IMG/VR virus record: IMGVR_UViG_3300027686_001029
DNA: 64,000 bases
Strand: one strand, 5' to 3'
Source of the DNA: a virus
This document shows, piece after piece, positions 18,231 to 27,785 of this stretch. The translations under genes and the position numbers were made by a program. Each line of letters begins with the position of its first letter. The first letter of the stretch is position 1. The notes under the pieces are model-generated. The model searched no databases, had not been told where the DNA came from, and saw only the letters and a list, made by a program, of their open reading frames with translations.

Positions 18231-18401
18231 TTACTTGCTTTCCTCAACTGAAGCCTTTCTGTAGTCTGTAATCAATTTCTTGATTTCACCTGCAGCTTTT
18301 CTAGCTCTTTGTTGTGAAGCTTTAGTAGAACCTTCATTGTTCTCAGCTAAAGTGTTAAAATTAGCTTCGATTTGATCAAATAATTCTTGTTTACTTGCCA
18401 T
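18231..18401 (-). CDS. histone H1-like (Hc1-type) 56-aa protein (not in ORF track)
   Basis: hand translation MASKQELFDQIEANFNTLAENNEGSTKASQQRARKAAGEIKKLITDYRKASVEESK; KA..RARKA..E...YRKAS pattern of the Bacteroidota Hc1 family. Confidence 0.8.
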   Translation of the reverse strand: MASKQELFDQIEANFNTLAENNEGSTKASQQRARKAAGEIKKLITDYRKASVEESK

Positions 18402-18421
18402 AGTTATTATATTTAATTTAA

Positions 18422-20080
18422 TTAACCTAGCAACATATTTGGATCTACTCCTCCTACATTACCCTTATTGTCGTCTTCTTTATTAATTGATACCACCGCT
18501 TCTGTAATTAGCATAGTGCTAGCTACTGATGCAGCATTTTCCAAGGCAAGACGTGTAACCTTTGTTGGATCAATAATTCCTGTTATATCATCCATATTGT
18601 AGAAAGTATCAGTACGTGAGTTATACCCGTACCAGAAATCTCCGTTAGTAATTAACTCTTCTTCAATATCTCCGATTTTATTTTCCGATAATCCTCCGTT
18701 AGTAAGTATCTTAGTAAAAGGTGACTCACATGCAGCAATTACTATTTCTACTCCTGCTTTTTCATGTAAGTTATATTCACTATCATCATCTGTTAATATA
18801 CCCACAAGTTGTTTAGAGGCTTTTAGCAAAGCTACTCCACCTCCTGGTAGTATACCTTCTTCTAAAGCTGCTTGAGTAGCATGTAGAGCATCATCCACTC
18901 TATCTTTTTTCTCTTTCATTTCAACTTCAGTATGCCCTCCAACGTATACAATAGCTATCCCTCCTATAAATTTAGCTAACCTACTTTGTAAGTTTTCTTT
19001 TTCATAAGGGGAAGTAGATTTATCGATTGCATTTTTAATTTCCTCCATTCGTTTCTGAATGTCTTCTTCGTTTCCTTTAGCATCGATAATAGTCGTATTA
19101 TCCTTCCCTACTGTCACTTTATGTGCAGTACCTAACCATTTAGTATCGAATTTATCTAATCTTTGACCTTTTTCAGATGATACTACTTGACCTCCTGTTA
19201 AGGTAGCGATATCCTGTAGAATAGCTTTCTTACGATCACCAAAGTCAGGTGCTTTAACTGCTACTACCGGTAAGATACCTCTCATTTTATTTACTACCAT
19301 AGTAGACAATGCCTCTCCGTCAATATCGTCAGCTATTATAACTAATGACTTGTTCTGTTGAGAAACACCTTCTAAGATAGGTAAAAGCTCTTTAATATTA
19401 GTTAAACGTTTATCCGTAATTAAGATTAAAGGTTCATCTAGTACTGCTGTCATAGTATTATTGTCGGTGACAAAATATGGAGATTTATAACCTCTATCAA
19501 ATTGCATTCCTTCAACAGTCTCTAAATAAGTTTCACCTGTTCTTGATTCTTCAATAGTAACTACTCCATCTCTTCCGACTTTATCAATTGCGGTTGCAAT
19601 CAAAGTACCTACTTCTTCATCATTATTAGATGAAATTGTAGCAACTTGTTTAATTAAAGCTTCATCTGTAATATCTTTAGAGTTTTCAATTAGGTAATCA
19701 GTAACTACATTTACAGCTTTACTGATTCCTTTTTTAATATCTACAGCATTTGCACCATCGTACATCCTACTCATTCCATCATTTAATATTGTCTGAGCTA
19801 ATAAGGTAGATGTCGTAGTTCCATCTCCAGCTTGTTCTGCTGTTTTAATGGAAGCTTGTTTAACTATCTGTGCTCCAATATTCTCTTGTGGATCTGTTAA
19901 TTCAATTGACTTTGCTACTGTAACTCCGTCTTTAGTAGATACTGGGTTACCTTGTGCTTGTTCGATAATTACATTACGGCCAGATGGTCCTAATGTTGAC
20001 GTTACTGCGTTTGCAAGTGCATCAACTCCTTGAGCTAATTTCTGTCTTGCATCATTTGAAAAAATAATTGATTTACTCAT
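18422..20080 (-). CDS. groEL: chaperonin GroEL
   Basis: TLGPSGRNV, TKDGVTVAK, GDGTTT, EGMQFDRGY, GGGVAL. Confidence 0.97.
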   Translation of the reverse strand: MSKSIIFSNDARQKLAQGVDALANAVTSTLGPSGRNVIIEQAQGNPVSTKDGVTVAKSIELTDPQENIGAQIVKQASIKTAEQAGDGTTTSTLLAQTILNDGMSRMYDGANAVDIKKGISKAVNVVTDYLIENSKDITDEALIKQVATISSNNDEEVGTLIATAIDKVGRDGVVTIEESRTGETYLETVEGMQFDRGYKSPYFVTDNNTMTAVLDEPLILITDKRLTNIKELLPILEGVSQQNKSLVIIADDIDGEALSTMVVNKMRGILPVVAVKAPDFGDRKKAILQDIATLTGGQVVSSEKGQRLDKFDTKWLGTAHKVTVGKDNTTIIDAKGNEEDIQKRMEEIKNAIDKSTSPYEKENLQSRLAKFIGGIAIVYVGGHTEVEMKEKKDRVDDALHATQAALEEGILPGGGVALLKASKQLVGILTDDDSEYNLHEKAGVEIVIAACESPFTKILTNGGLSENKIGDIEEELITNGDFWYGYNSRTDTFYNMDDITGIIDPTKVTRLALENAASVASTMLITEAVVSINKEDDNKGNVGGVDPNMLLG

Positions 20081-20390
20081 CTTTGCTTTCTTTTATAACT
20101 GCTAAAATCTCTCTATCTTGTGCTATGTAGTACTCTTCTCCTTCAAAGTCTATTCGTAAAGTACCTAGTTTTGGGACTAATACAATATCTCCTGGTTTAC
20201 AAGAACGTACTAAAATAAGTTTAGAAGGATCTAATTCTGATTGTCGGCCTGAACCGATAGCTAAAACTTCTCCCATTTCTGGTTTTTCTTTTCCCATATC
20301 GGGAATAACTATAGACCCGTAAGTCTGTTCCCCTTCATCAATCGGCTTTATTAGTATCCGATCATTTGTAGGCTGTAACTGTTTTGACAT
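20073..20390 (-). CDS. groES: co-chaperonin GroES
   Basis: LQPTNDRILIK, GSIVIPD, EKP..GEVLAIG.G, EILAVI. Confidence 0.93.
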   Translation of the reverse strand: MSKQLQPTNDRILIKPIDEGEQTYGSIVIPDMGKEKPEMGEVLAIGSGRQSELDPSKLILVRSCKPGDIVLVPKLGTLRIDFEGEEYYIAQDREILAVIKESKDE

Positions 20391-20439
20391 ATGTAACGTT
20401 TTTATTTATTATTAATATACGATTATTATATATAAGAGC

Positions 20440-20451
20440 AAACCCTAGAGC
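20440..20451. repeat. inverted repeat arm downstream of hsp20 (pairs with 20952-20963)
   Basis: accctagagc at 20442-20451 is the exact reverse complement of gctctagggt at 20952-20961. Confidence 0.75.
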
Positions 20452-20459
20452 GGGTTAAT

Positions 20460-20897
20460 TTAGCTAATTTTTAAAGTTTTTGATTCTTTTCCTTTAGCAT
20501 AAGGTATTGAAACTTGCAATAAGCCGTTTTTAAACTCAGCTTTTGCTTTTTGTAGGTCAAATCTGCTATCAATCTTCCAACCTAAATTAAAAGATCTTTT
20601 AGCGATTCCTCTATAAATGTATTCCGTCTGTGAACAATCACAGTCTGGTTCACATTGGCAATCGTCTTTTGTTTTGTTATAATTGATTTTAATAATATTA
20701 CCCTCAATTAAGATTTCGATTTCTTCTTTTGGAATACCGGTACAGGCTATATCTAAGCCAAGGCCGTCTTCTACTTCGTAAATATCTACTGGGTGGGGTA
20801 ATTTTGACTCTTCTAACGTTTGATAGTTTTGAGTCTTTTGCAAAAAATTGCGGACTAAAATGTCGAACGGATTACGTTCTTGAAAAATATTACTCAT
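20460..20897 (-). CDS. small heat-shock protein Hsp20 (IbpA-like)
   Basis: PVDIYE, YIYRGIAKRSF, AEFKNGLLQVSIP. Confidence 0.93.
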   Translation of the reverse strand: MSNIFQERNPFDILVRNFLQKTQNYQTLEESKLPHPVDIYEVEDGLGLDIACTGIPKEEIEILIEGNIIKINYNKTKDDCQCEPDCDCSQTEYIYRGIAKRSFNLGWKIDSRFDLQKAKAEFKNGLLQVSIPYAKGKESKTLKIS

Positions 20898-20951
20898 ATT
20901 GATGTAGTTTTGTGGAGTCCTAAGATCTCCGGTTAAAATAAAATAAAAATT

Positions 20952-20963
20952 GCTCTAGGGTCT
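20952..20963. repeat. inverted repeat arm upstream of hsp20
   Basis: gctctagggtct; see 20440-20451. Confidence 0.75.
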
Positions 20964-20988
20964 ATTCTTATTTAATATAAATAGCAGT

Positions 20989-21204
20989 TTATTTGCATTT
21001 AGTAATAAATTCTAAGTAAGGAACATCTACGTTTTGTACGTTAACGCTCATTAGCTTAGGTTTCCATGCAAGAGGATCGCTTTTATTGTCTAAAATGTTT
21101 TCTATAATTTGGAGACTACGTTCCGAAAAATCTTCTACGTACCCTACTCTCTTTGATCTCCAATCTCCTTTTTTTTGTTTTTTCATAATTCTATTAATGT
21201 CCAT
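20989..21204 (-). CDS. hypothetical protein
   Basis: overlaps the polA stop; plausible coupled ORF. Confidence 0.5.
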   Translation of the reverse strand: MDINRIMKKQKKGDWRSKRVGYVEDFSERSLQIIENILDNKSDPLAWKPKLMSVNVQNVDVPYLEFITKCK

Positions 21205-23596
21205 CTCTCCAATTATTAGAAATCTCTGGAGGTGCTTTTAAAGTTACTCCTGGTAGATGTGTAGTATTCTCCATAATCTCCTGTACTACTGGGGCAAACA
21301 TCTCTACATCTTTAGCATCACAGTTAATAATAAGTTGATCATGAACTTGTGCCTGTACTTTAGCATCTATTCCTAATTCTTTAGCCTTTAAGTTAACTTT
21401 TAATGCTGCTCTATTTACTACTGCTGCAGCAAGGGATTGTAATTGAAAGTTTAAACAGTTATTAAGTCCGTTACGGTAGTCTCTATAAGCTTGAGTTACT
21501 TGGTCTCTAGGAGAAGTAATCTTACCAGTTTTCATATCAGTTTTAACAGGTATCTGCATCTCTAAATCTTTTCTAAATCTCCAATCCATTAATCTATCAC
21601 CTAATTTCTCATGAAGCCTCTTTACTTTAGGTAAATGACGTATCCTTCCTAAAAAGTTTTGAATACTACCGTGCTCTTTAACTTGTATTCTAGAGTTTTC
21701 TCTCCATTTAGCTAATCCTGGAAATCCGTCTAAGTATCCTTTAATTAGTCCTTCTGCAGTCTTTTGATCAACTCCTAAAGTCATCTTTAATGCATATGCT
21801 TCCATACCGTAAGCTACTCCTAGTGAATAAGCTTTTGCTTTATTACGAGCTAGTACATCTAACTTTTTTAAGTAGTTATCAGCTTTTTTATCAGCAGATA
21901 CACCATTAGGAAATCTATCTGTCTGCTCATTCATCTTTTCAGTTTGAATAGCAACGTAAGAGTAGAAATCCCAACCATTAGCAAATATCTCTTGAAGTTT
22001 TTCATCTCCTGAAACTGATGCAAAGCAATGAGGTTCTAAAGATTCATAATCTGCATCAATAACCTTCCTACCTTCTCCAGCTATTAAGAAAGCTCTTACA
22101 ATATTTACATACTTCATAATAATAGGAGCATCTTCACCTTCTTCTAAAGGTTTAGGTAACTGTTGAGCATCTGATCCGTATCGACCAGATACAGTCCCGT
22201 TTTGCTTAAAGTAGAAATAGTATTTACCGTCTTCCTGACGGTCTCTAAACCTGTCTACGTAAGTAGATTTGATCTTAAGTAACTTATTATATATACGTAA
22301 GTTCTCAGCCCAGGTATAGTCTTTAGCTAGGGTCTCTACCATACTCATATCAAACTTATCCCTACCGGATTTAGTATTAGCTCCTGCAGTAATAGGTTTT
22401 ACTCCCATGTACTTAAAGACTATTTCACCTAAGTGCTTTTTAGATTGAATATTAATATACTCTCCATTATTTGATTCTTTCCATAGAGCCATTGAAATAC
22501 GGTAACGTTCTACCTCTTCTATTAATTCTTCATTACCGGTCAATAGAAACTCTTTTACTACTCTTTCTTTATCCGTAGAAGGTTCAAAAGCTTCTATATT
22601 TTTTTGAGTCAGAGAGTATTTACCAGTTTTATCTGATTTAGGTAAAGGTATAGAGTATCTTTGAATAAGGCTCTGAGCCCAATTACCTTTATGGGATACA
22701 GGGTATGCATTGAGAGCTGTTCCCATCACCCATGTTTGAGCTTCGTCAGTATCTAATAAAGATTTCATTACTATCTCTTTATTAATTTTTAAATCTTCAG
22801 ATATAGTTTTATGAGTTTCTTCAATTAAGTCCATATCTAATTCAACACCGTGTGCTTCCATAGGAACAGTTACTTCCCTATAAACAGGCATTACTTCATC
22901 TTCGAAGAAGAACTTTTCCAAGCCCTCATCTCTAAGCTTATCCAAATATAAATTACAAATACGAAGGGTAAGGTCAGTATCAGCAGCAGCATATTTTGAA
23001 AGTATATCCAAATCAGCTTTATATATTTGAAAGCTTTCTTTTGTAACGGATCCTCCATTTTTCTTTATGCTTTCTTTTAGTTCTACTTGTTCTTCATTAG
23101 CAGCTTTTTCAACATCAAGCCCTAATGCCTCTTGGTTCATAATAGCAATAGATTTTAGACCAAAAGGATTACCAAAACCAAATGCACCTTCTTCATAAAC
23201 TGTATGAACAAGTAATCCTGTATCAACCCATACGTCTGGTAATAAATCTATACCGTAGTAATTACTGATAAACTGGACATCAAAAGAAGCATTATGAAAT
23301 ACTAACTTCTTTCCTTTAAGTAACTTTAATAAGTTTTTAGAAATAACCTCAGTAGAGGTACCTTTAATTTCTTGGAGCATAAGCTCTTCTCTATGGTAAT
23401 CCCATACTAGAGTAGGTAGGTAAAAACCTACTCCTTCATCTCCTGATACTGACCATCCTATAATTTTATCCTTACGAGGATTAAGACCAGTAGTCTCTGT
23501 ATCTACTGCAATTGTATCTGAGTCAAGGATATGTTGGTGAAGTAATTCTAACGTTTCACTATCTTGAACTGTGTAATACTTTTTCTCTAACTTCAT
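21194..23596 (-). CDS. polA: family A DNA polymerase with 3'-5' exonuclease
   Basis: DTETTG, HNASFD, YAAAD; motif A DADYESLE, motif B RNKAKAYSLGVAYG, motif C QVHDQ. Confidence 0.95.
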   Translation of the reverse strand: MKLEKKYYTVQDSETLELLHQHILDSDTIAVDTETTGLNPRKDKIIGWSVSGDEGVGFYLPTLVWDYHREELMLQEIKGTSTEVISKNLLKLLKGKKLVFHNASFDVQFISNYYGIDLLPDVWVDTGLLVHTVYEEGAFGFGNPFGLKSIAIMNQEALGLDVEKAANEEQVELKESIKKNGGSVTKESFQIYKADLDILSKYAAADTDLTLRICNLYLDKLRDEGLEKFFFEDEVMPVYREVTVPMEAHGVELDMDLIEETHKTISEDLKINKEIVMKSLLDTDEAQTWVMGTALNAYPVSHKGNWAQSLIQRYSIPLPKSDKTGKYSLTQKNIEAFEPSTDKERVVKEFLLTGNEELIEEVERYRISMALWKESNNGEYINIQSKKHLGEIVFKYMGVKPITAGANTKSGRDKFDMSMVETLAKDYTWAENLRIYNKLLKIKSTYVDRFRDRQEDGKYYFYFKQNGTVSGRYGSDAQQLPKPLEEGEDAPIIMKYVNIVRAFLIAGEGRKVIDADYESLEPHCFASVSGDEKLQEIFANGWDFYSYVAIQTEKMNEQTDRFPNGVSADKKADNYLKKLDVLARNKAKAYSLGVAYGMEAYALKMTLGVDQKTAEGLIKGYLDGFPGLAKWRENSRIQVKEHGSIQNFLGRIRHLPKVKRLHEKLGDRLMDWRFRKDLEMQIPVKTDMKTGKITSPRDQVTQAYRDYRNGLNNCLNFQLQSLAAAVVNRAALKVNLKAKELGIDAKVQAQVHDQLIINCDAKDVEMFAPVVQEIMENTTHLPGVTLKAPPEISNNWRDGH

Positions 23597-23618
23597 ATAT
23601 AACCTTTATTTAATTTAG

Positions 23619-23691
23619 TTGCGCTGGAAGGATTCGAACCTTCGACCTCTAGGTTATGAGCCTAGCGAGCTGGCCACTGCTCTACAGCGCT
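23619..23691 (-). tRNA. tRNA-Met (CAT), initiator-like; CCA not encoded
   Basis: hand-folded cloverleaf: D stem GAGC/GCTC, anticodon arm CTAGG-CTCATAA-CCTAG, T arm GAAGG-TTCGAAT-CCTTC, A1xA72 mismatch. Confidence 0.93.
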
Positions 23692-23720
23692 ATATTATAT
23701 CTAAATATAAGAATAATTTT

Positions 23721-24296
23721 TCAATTCTCCAACATTTCTTCAGGTAAATCTTTCTTATCAATTTTCGTTTCACACATAGTTTCTAATTGAGATATTACAT
23801 GTCTCTTAGCTAATATATCTCCAGTATAAAAGGTATATATCATACTAAGTTTTTGAACTTCTATTTGTTTAGATAGACTTTTAATACTTCCCTCTAGTAG
23901 CTCTTCATCTTCCTCTTCAATATCAAACTTAACATCATTCAATCCAGCTAACTCTAATAATTCTAACATATCGTTAGATTCATATGCTTTTTTTGCAGAT
24001 AAGAAATCTTCCTCTTTACCTCCTTTGTCAGGGTGTAATCTTTTTGATAGTTCTCTGAATAACTTTTTAACCTTATTATGTTTTTTAGATTTAGGGGTAT
24101 TTTCAATCTCTTCTGGGTCTTTCAGTTCTCCAGTTTCAGTATTTATTAACATCTCTTTATCTTTGACAAAGTACTTTCCAAAACGTTTATTCCAATCTTC
24201 TAAATGACTTTCACATATATCGTTAATATCTTCAAGTTCCAATTTTAAATACTGGTGCTTTAATGAATACTTCTTTATATATCTAGATTTCGACAT
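23721..24296 (-). CDS. J-domain-containing protein
   Basis: VKKLFRELSKRLHPDKGG..E.F...KKAY (HPD motif). Confidence 0.75.
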   Translation of the reverse strand: MSKSRYIKKYSLKHQYLKLELEDINDICESHLEDWNKRFGKYFVKDKEMLINTETGELKDPEEIENTPKSKKHNKVKKLFRELSKRLHPDKGGKEEDFLSAKKAYESNDMLELLELAGLNDVKFDIEEEDEELLEGSIKSLSKQIEVQKLSMIYTFYTGDILAKRHVISQLETMCETKIDKKDLPEEMLEN

Positions 24297-24565
24297 TAAA
24301 TTCCTTCCCCATAAAGGTCAAATAATTCAGGTTCTTTTTCTTCTACAATTTTTTCGTGTTCTATAATAGCATATAGTTTACCGTTGAGAGGTTCTAACCT
24401 ATAGTGCCCTTTAAATTTAGTTTTTCTCAAATATGCCGTTAATGCCGGAACTAATCCTTCAATAACAGTAGACTGGTCTCTTTCCAGAACCCAATTATCT
24501 CCAGGAGCTTTTCTTTTAGCGATTAATACGTTTTCTTCTTCTATAACTGTTTCTATATTGCTCAT
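24296..24565 (-). CDS. hypothetical protein
   Basis: operon-packed ORF. Confidence 0.6.
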   Translation of the reverse strand: MSNIETVIEEENVLIAKRKAPGDNWVLERDQSTVIEGLVPALTAYLRKTKFKGHYRLEPLNGKLYAIIEHEKIVEEKEPELFDLYGEGI

Positions 24566-25386
24566 ACTACTGCTCTACCTTTTAATTCTAACCAATCCTT
24601 ATTCTCTCTTACTGTATCATTTAGTTCTAATACGCTTTCAAAAAAAATAGGGTCGATTCCTTTGCTTTTGTATAAATAGACTAAAGCGTTAAGATCTTTA
24701 GGTAAGCAATGTCCTCCAAAGCCTAACTCCCCATCAGGGCCTGGTACTGCTAGATGTGCTTTTCCAATACGTGGATCTAAAGTAGCATATTCAACAACTT
24801 TATCGTAATCTAGATTTATAGCTTCACATAACCTGTATACTTCATTAGCAAAAGTAACTTTAGTTGCTAAAAAAGCATTAGTAAAGTACTTAACCATTTC
24901 AGCATGTGCTGCACCTGTTTTTACGATAGTAGCATTAGGAAATACTTTAACATATACTTGCTTAAGTAAAGTAGTAGAAGGTCTAGGACCTCCTAAAATA
25001 ACTCTAGTAGTATTTTTAAAGTCTTCTTCTGCTGATACTTCAGATAAAAATTCAGGATTAAATACGATACTCATATCTGAGTAAATTGAGTTTAATTCAT
25101 CTGTGGTACCCGGTGGTACAGTAGACTTAATTACTATAGTTTCTCTATACCCCAAGAAATTAAGATCGTCTAATGCTTGTCTTAGTATATCGGTACTACA
25201 AGCTCCTGAAGATTCCATTGGGGTAGGTAAGCATAAAAATACTATTCCGCATTTTTGTACTATAATTTCTAAAGTAGAATTACACTTATCCTTATCTAGG
25301 TCATATGTAAATACTTCATAATAGCTTTTAAACTTTTTATAGATTGCATCACCTACAAAGCCTTGTCCTACAATTCCTATGTTCAT
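24562..25386 (-). CDS. UDP-glucose/GDP-mannose dehydrogenase family (no C-terminal domain)
   Basis: GQGFVG, CLPTP, IKSTVPPGTT, FNPEFL, AEMVKY..NAFLA.KVTF.NE, GFGGHCLPKD. Confidence 0.88.
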   Translation of the reverse strand: MNIGIVGQGFVGDAIYKKFKSYYEVFTYDLDKDKCNSTLEIIVQKCGIVFLCLPTPMESSGACSTDILRQALDDLNFLGYRETIVIKSTVPPGTTDELNSIYSDMSIVFNPEFLSEVSAEEDFKNTTRVILGGPRPSTTLLKQVYVKVFPNATIVKTGAAHAEMVKYFTNAFLATKVTFANEVYRLCEAINLDYDKVVEYATLDPRIGKAHLAVPGPDGELGFGGHCLPKDLNALVYLYKSKGIDPIFFESVLELNDTVRENKDWLELKGRAVV

Positions 25387-25389
25387 AAC

Positions 25390-26295
25390 TTATTGACGTA
25401 GAGTTTTTCTAATACAAAACATTGGGTTAGTAAAAAACTCTGGTATTAGCATTTGGTGGGTTGCTCTAATAGGGTTAATATCTATTCCTCCTCTGCGGGT
25501 ATACAGACAAGCAACCATTAATTGTTCTGGTTTGAATCTTTCTGTTAAGTGAGAATAAATCATTTCGCATATCTCTTCATGAAAGTGACTTACTGTTCTA
25601 TGACTAACTATGTATTTAGCAAGAGATTCTGCGGTAGGTACTTCATCTCCTTTGATAAAGATAAATATATCTCCCCAATCTGGTTGATCAGTTACTCTAC
25701 AATTAGAACGTAATAAATTTGATCGAACCTTAAGTTCTCGAGCATCAATAGAACCTTCTAACTGATTAGCATCTGATTTAAATGCTGTAAAATCGATTGC
25801 ATCTAAATTAGCTAATTCTCCAATTTCTTCGAATTCTTCAGAAAAAGACAAGGTTTCCATTTCAAAATCAGAAGAATAGAAACTAACTGTAGTTATAGTA
25901 TCAAGTAGTTCATCTAAATCTCTCTTTATTCTTGCTTCAATTCCTGCGATGCAGTCTGCTGCATTGTCACCTATCTTAGTCATATTAAATGAATTAAGAT
26001 AAAGTTTAATCGATTTAGACTCAACGTGGTTTTCACTATCAGCCGGACATACTATTTTAACCATACCGGCAACAGGTTGACCTTTTGTAGTAATAGCAGA
26101 AACTTCATAAGCATTCCATGTATCTACACCTACGAATTCCTTACCTGTTAATCCATATCCTTCTCGATTAAGATATCTTGGTATCTTAACTAAAAGTTCT
26201 GGAGAGTAAGTATCTTTATAACCTGCTCCGCCTACAGTTCCTAAATGTTTGGATGCAATATCCTTTACTTGTTCGTAATTTTTAACTTCTGACAT
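25390..26295 (-). CDS. queF: NADPH-dependent preQ0 reductase (bimodular QueF)
   Basis: GVDTWNAYE, VESKSIKLYLNSF, SNCRVTDQPDWG, FHEEICE, YTRRGGIDINP. Confidence 0.93.
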   Translation of the reverse strand: MSEVKNYEQVKDIASKHLGTVGGAGYKDTYSPELLVKIPRYLNREGYGLTGKEFVGVDTWNAYEVSAITTKGQPVAGMVKIVCPADSENHVESKSIKLYLNSFNMTKIGDNAADCIAGIEARIKRDLDELLDTITTVSFYSSDFEMETLSFSEEFEEIGELANLDAIDFTAFKSDANQLEGSIDARELKVRSNLLRSNCRVTDQPDWGDIFIFIKGDEVPTAESLAKYIVSHRTVSHFHEEICEMIYSHLTERFKPEQLMVACLYTRRGGIDINPIRATHQMLIPEFFTNPMFCIRKTLRQ

Positions 26296-26297
26296 AA

Positions 26298-26669
26298 TTA
26301 TCCTTTAAATATTTGTTTTTTACCACCTTCGTATTGATAAGCGTGGCCATTCTCTACCAGTAGTTTATTTAATGAGGTTTCTTCTCCGTCGATATCAATA
26401 AAAATCTCAGCAAGTATTCGACCGTACTTCCCTTTACCGTAAGATTGAATAACAAACTTACCATCATTCATCTCCATATATTTCTCAGTAAATTTAGAAG
26501 CTTCTATACCTTTAGCTTTCTCTTCTAAATTTCTAGTTCTCTTTTCCCAAGTATCAACTCCTTTAAATCTTAATCTGGCTCTAACCCAAGTATCAAATCC
26601 TAGATCGATCATTACATCTGCTGTATCACCATCAACTACTCTTAATAATTTTGCTCCGTATTTATACAT
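26298..26669 (-). CDS. SNase/thermonuclease-family nuclease
   Basis: RVVDGDT, RFKGVDT.E, GKYGRILA. Confidence 0.85.
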   Translation of the reverse strand: MYKYGAKLLRVVDGDTADVMIDLGFDTWVRARLRFKGVDTWEKRTRNLEEKAKGIEASKFTEKYMEMNDGKFVIQSYGKGKYGRILAEIFIDIDGEETSLNKLLVENGHAYQYEGGKKQIFKG

Positions 26670-27183
26670 TTATAAAATTTAATATTTGCTCTACTCTTTG
26701 CATAGGAGAGCCAGTTATCGTCAAATAAGGTTGACGTACGTCTTCTAATACTGCTTTAAACTCTTCATCAATATCTACTCTCCACTTTTCATTTATACTT
26801 CTAACTCCATCATCTACAGAATCAAATTCTATAGGAAAATAAATATAATGAGTATACTCGTTTTTAATCCTATTCCAAGTAGCATCTATATATTTCCACG
26901 TCTCTTCTGATACGTTATCCATAAATCTTGTATATACTACAACATCCATAAAGCATCTATCGAGTACTTGATTATAAGGTTGTAATAAAGCTTCTAAATG
27001 AAAACAACTAATAGCTAATTGAGTAGCATCAGTTCCTTTTTCATTGATAGGAAAACCATAAGAACCTACCGTTCTAGTAGATTCGTTAACAAAGTCGTAC
27101 TTTGGTAATTTATTCTTTAGTAATTCATACACAGTAGTCTTACCTGTACTACTAGCTCCTACTAACGCAATTCTCTTTGTCAT
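26662..27183 (-). CDS. P-loop kinase/ATPase (AAA_28, NMP-kinase-like)
   Basis: GASSTGKTT, LDRCFMD, DGVRS. Confidence 0.8.
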   Translation of the reverse strand: MTKRIALVGASSTGKTTVYELLKNKLPKYDFVNESTRTVGSYGFPINEKGTDATQLAISCFHLEALLQPYNQVLDRCFMDVVVYTRFMDNVSEETWKYIDATWNRIKNEYTHYIYFPIEFDSVDDGVRSINEKWRVDIDEEFKAVLEDVRQPYLTITGSPMQRVEQILNFINV

Positions 27184-27215
27184 ACAACCTTTTTATTTAA
27201 TACAATATACGAACT

Positions 27216-27785
27216 TTATTTTTTATTACCGAATAATTCATTAGTAAATTCAATCCAAAGATATAGAGACCTATCTTTAAATACTTTCCACATCTCTTCT
27301 TCAGTTATACTAAATGCATTAAACCTAATTTCTTTTAGAACTTTTCCTTCATCTACTCCTTCTACTACTTTGTGTATTACACATCCCATAACTTCATGCT
27401 TAGCTTCAAAAGCTCTAATTTGAGGATCCTTTCCTTTTAATTCTGGGTAGACAGTTATTAGTCCTGGATGACCGTTAAATATGTTGAAGCTTTGAGTAAC
27501 TTCAGAAGGTAGAATTCTCAGCCAACCGTGTAATGTAATAATCGCATCTGGAAAATACTGAAGTACGTCTAGATATTCATTCACTTTAGGTTTATTACTA
27601 AAGGTAAAATATCCTTTTTCTTCTATTCTAGGATCTATAGTTCTAGCATCATTAGGTCTCTCATTAGTAATAATACGGGATGGCCACTTACCTGTGCTTT
27701 CAGCAAGATCAGCTATTTCTGCTCCTGTTTGAGAGAAAAAAGCAATCCAGGTTTGTTTGCCAGATTTAATTTTTATATCTTTCAT
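27216..27785 (-). CDS. PurN-like formyltransferase; probable dPreQ1 formyltransferase (DpdN-like)
   Basis: FSQTG, LHGWLRIL, NGHPG, IHKV..GVDEG; sits between a TGT-fold gene and queF. Confidence 0.75.
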   Translation of the reverse strand: MKDIKIKSGKQTWIAFFSQTGAEIADLAESTGKWPSRIITNERPNDARTIDPRIEEKGYFTFSNKPKVNEYLDVLQYFPDAIITLHGWLRILPSEVTQSFNIFNGHPGLITVYPELKGKDPQIRAFEAKHEVMGCVIHKVVEGVDEGKVLKEIRFNAFSITEEEMWKVFKDRSLYLWIEFTNELFGNKK

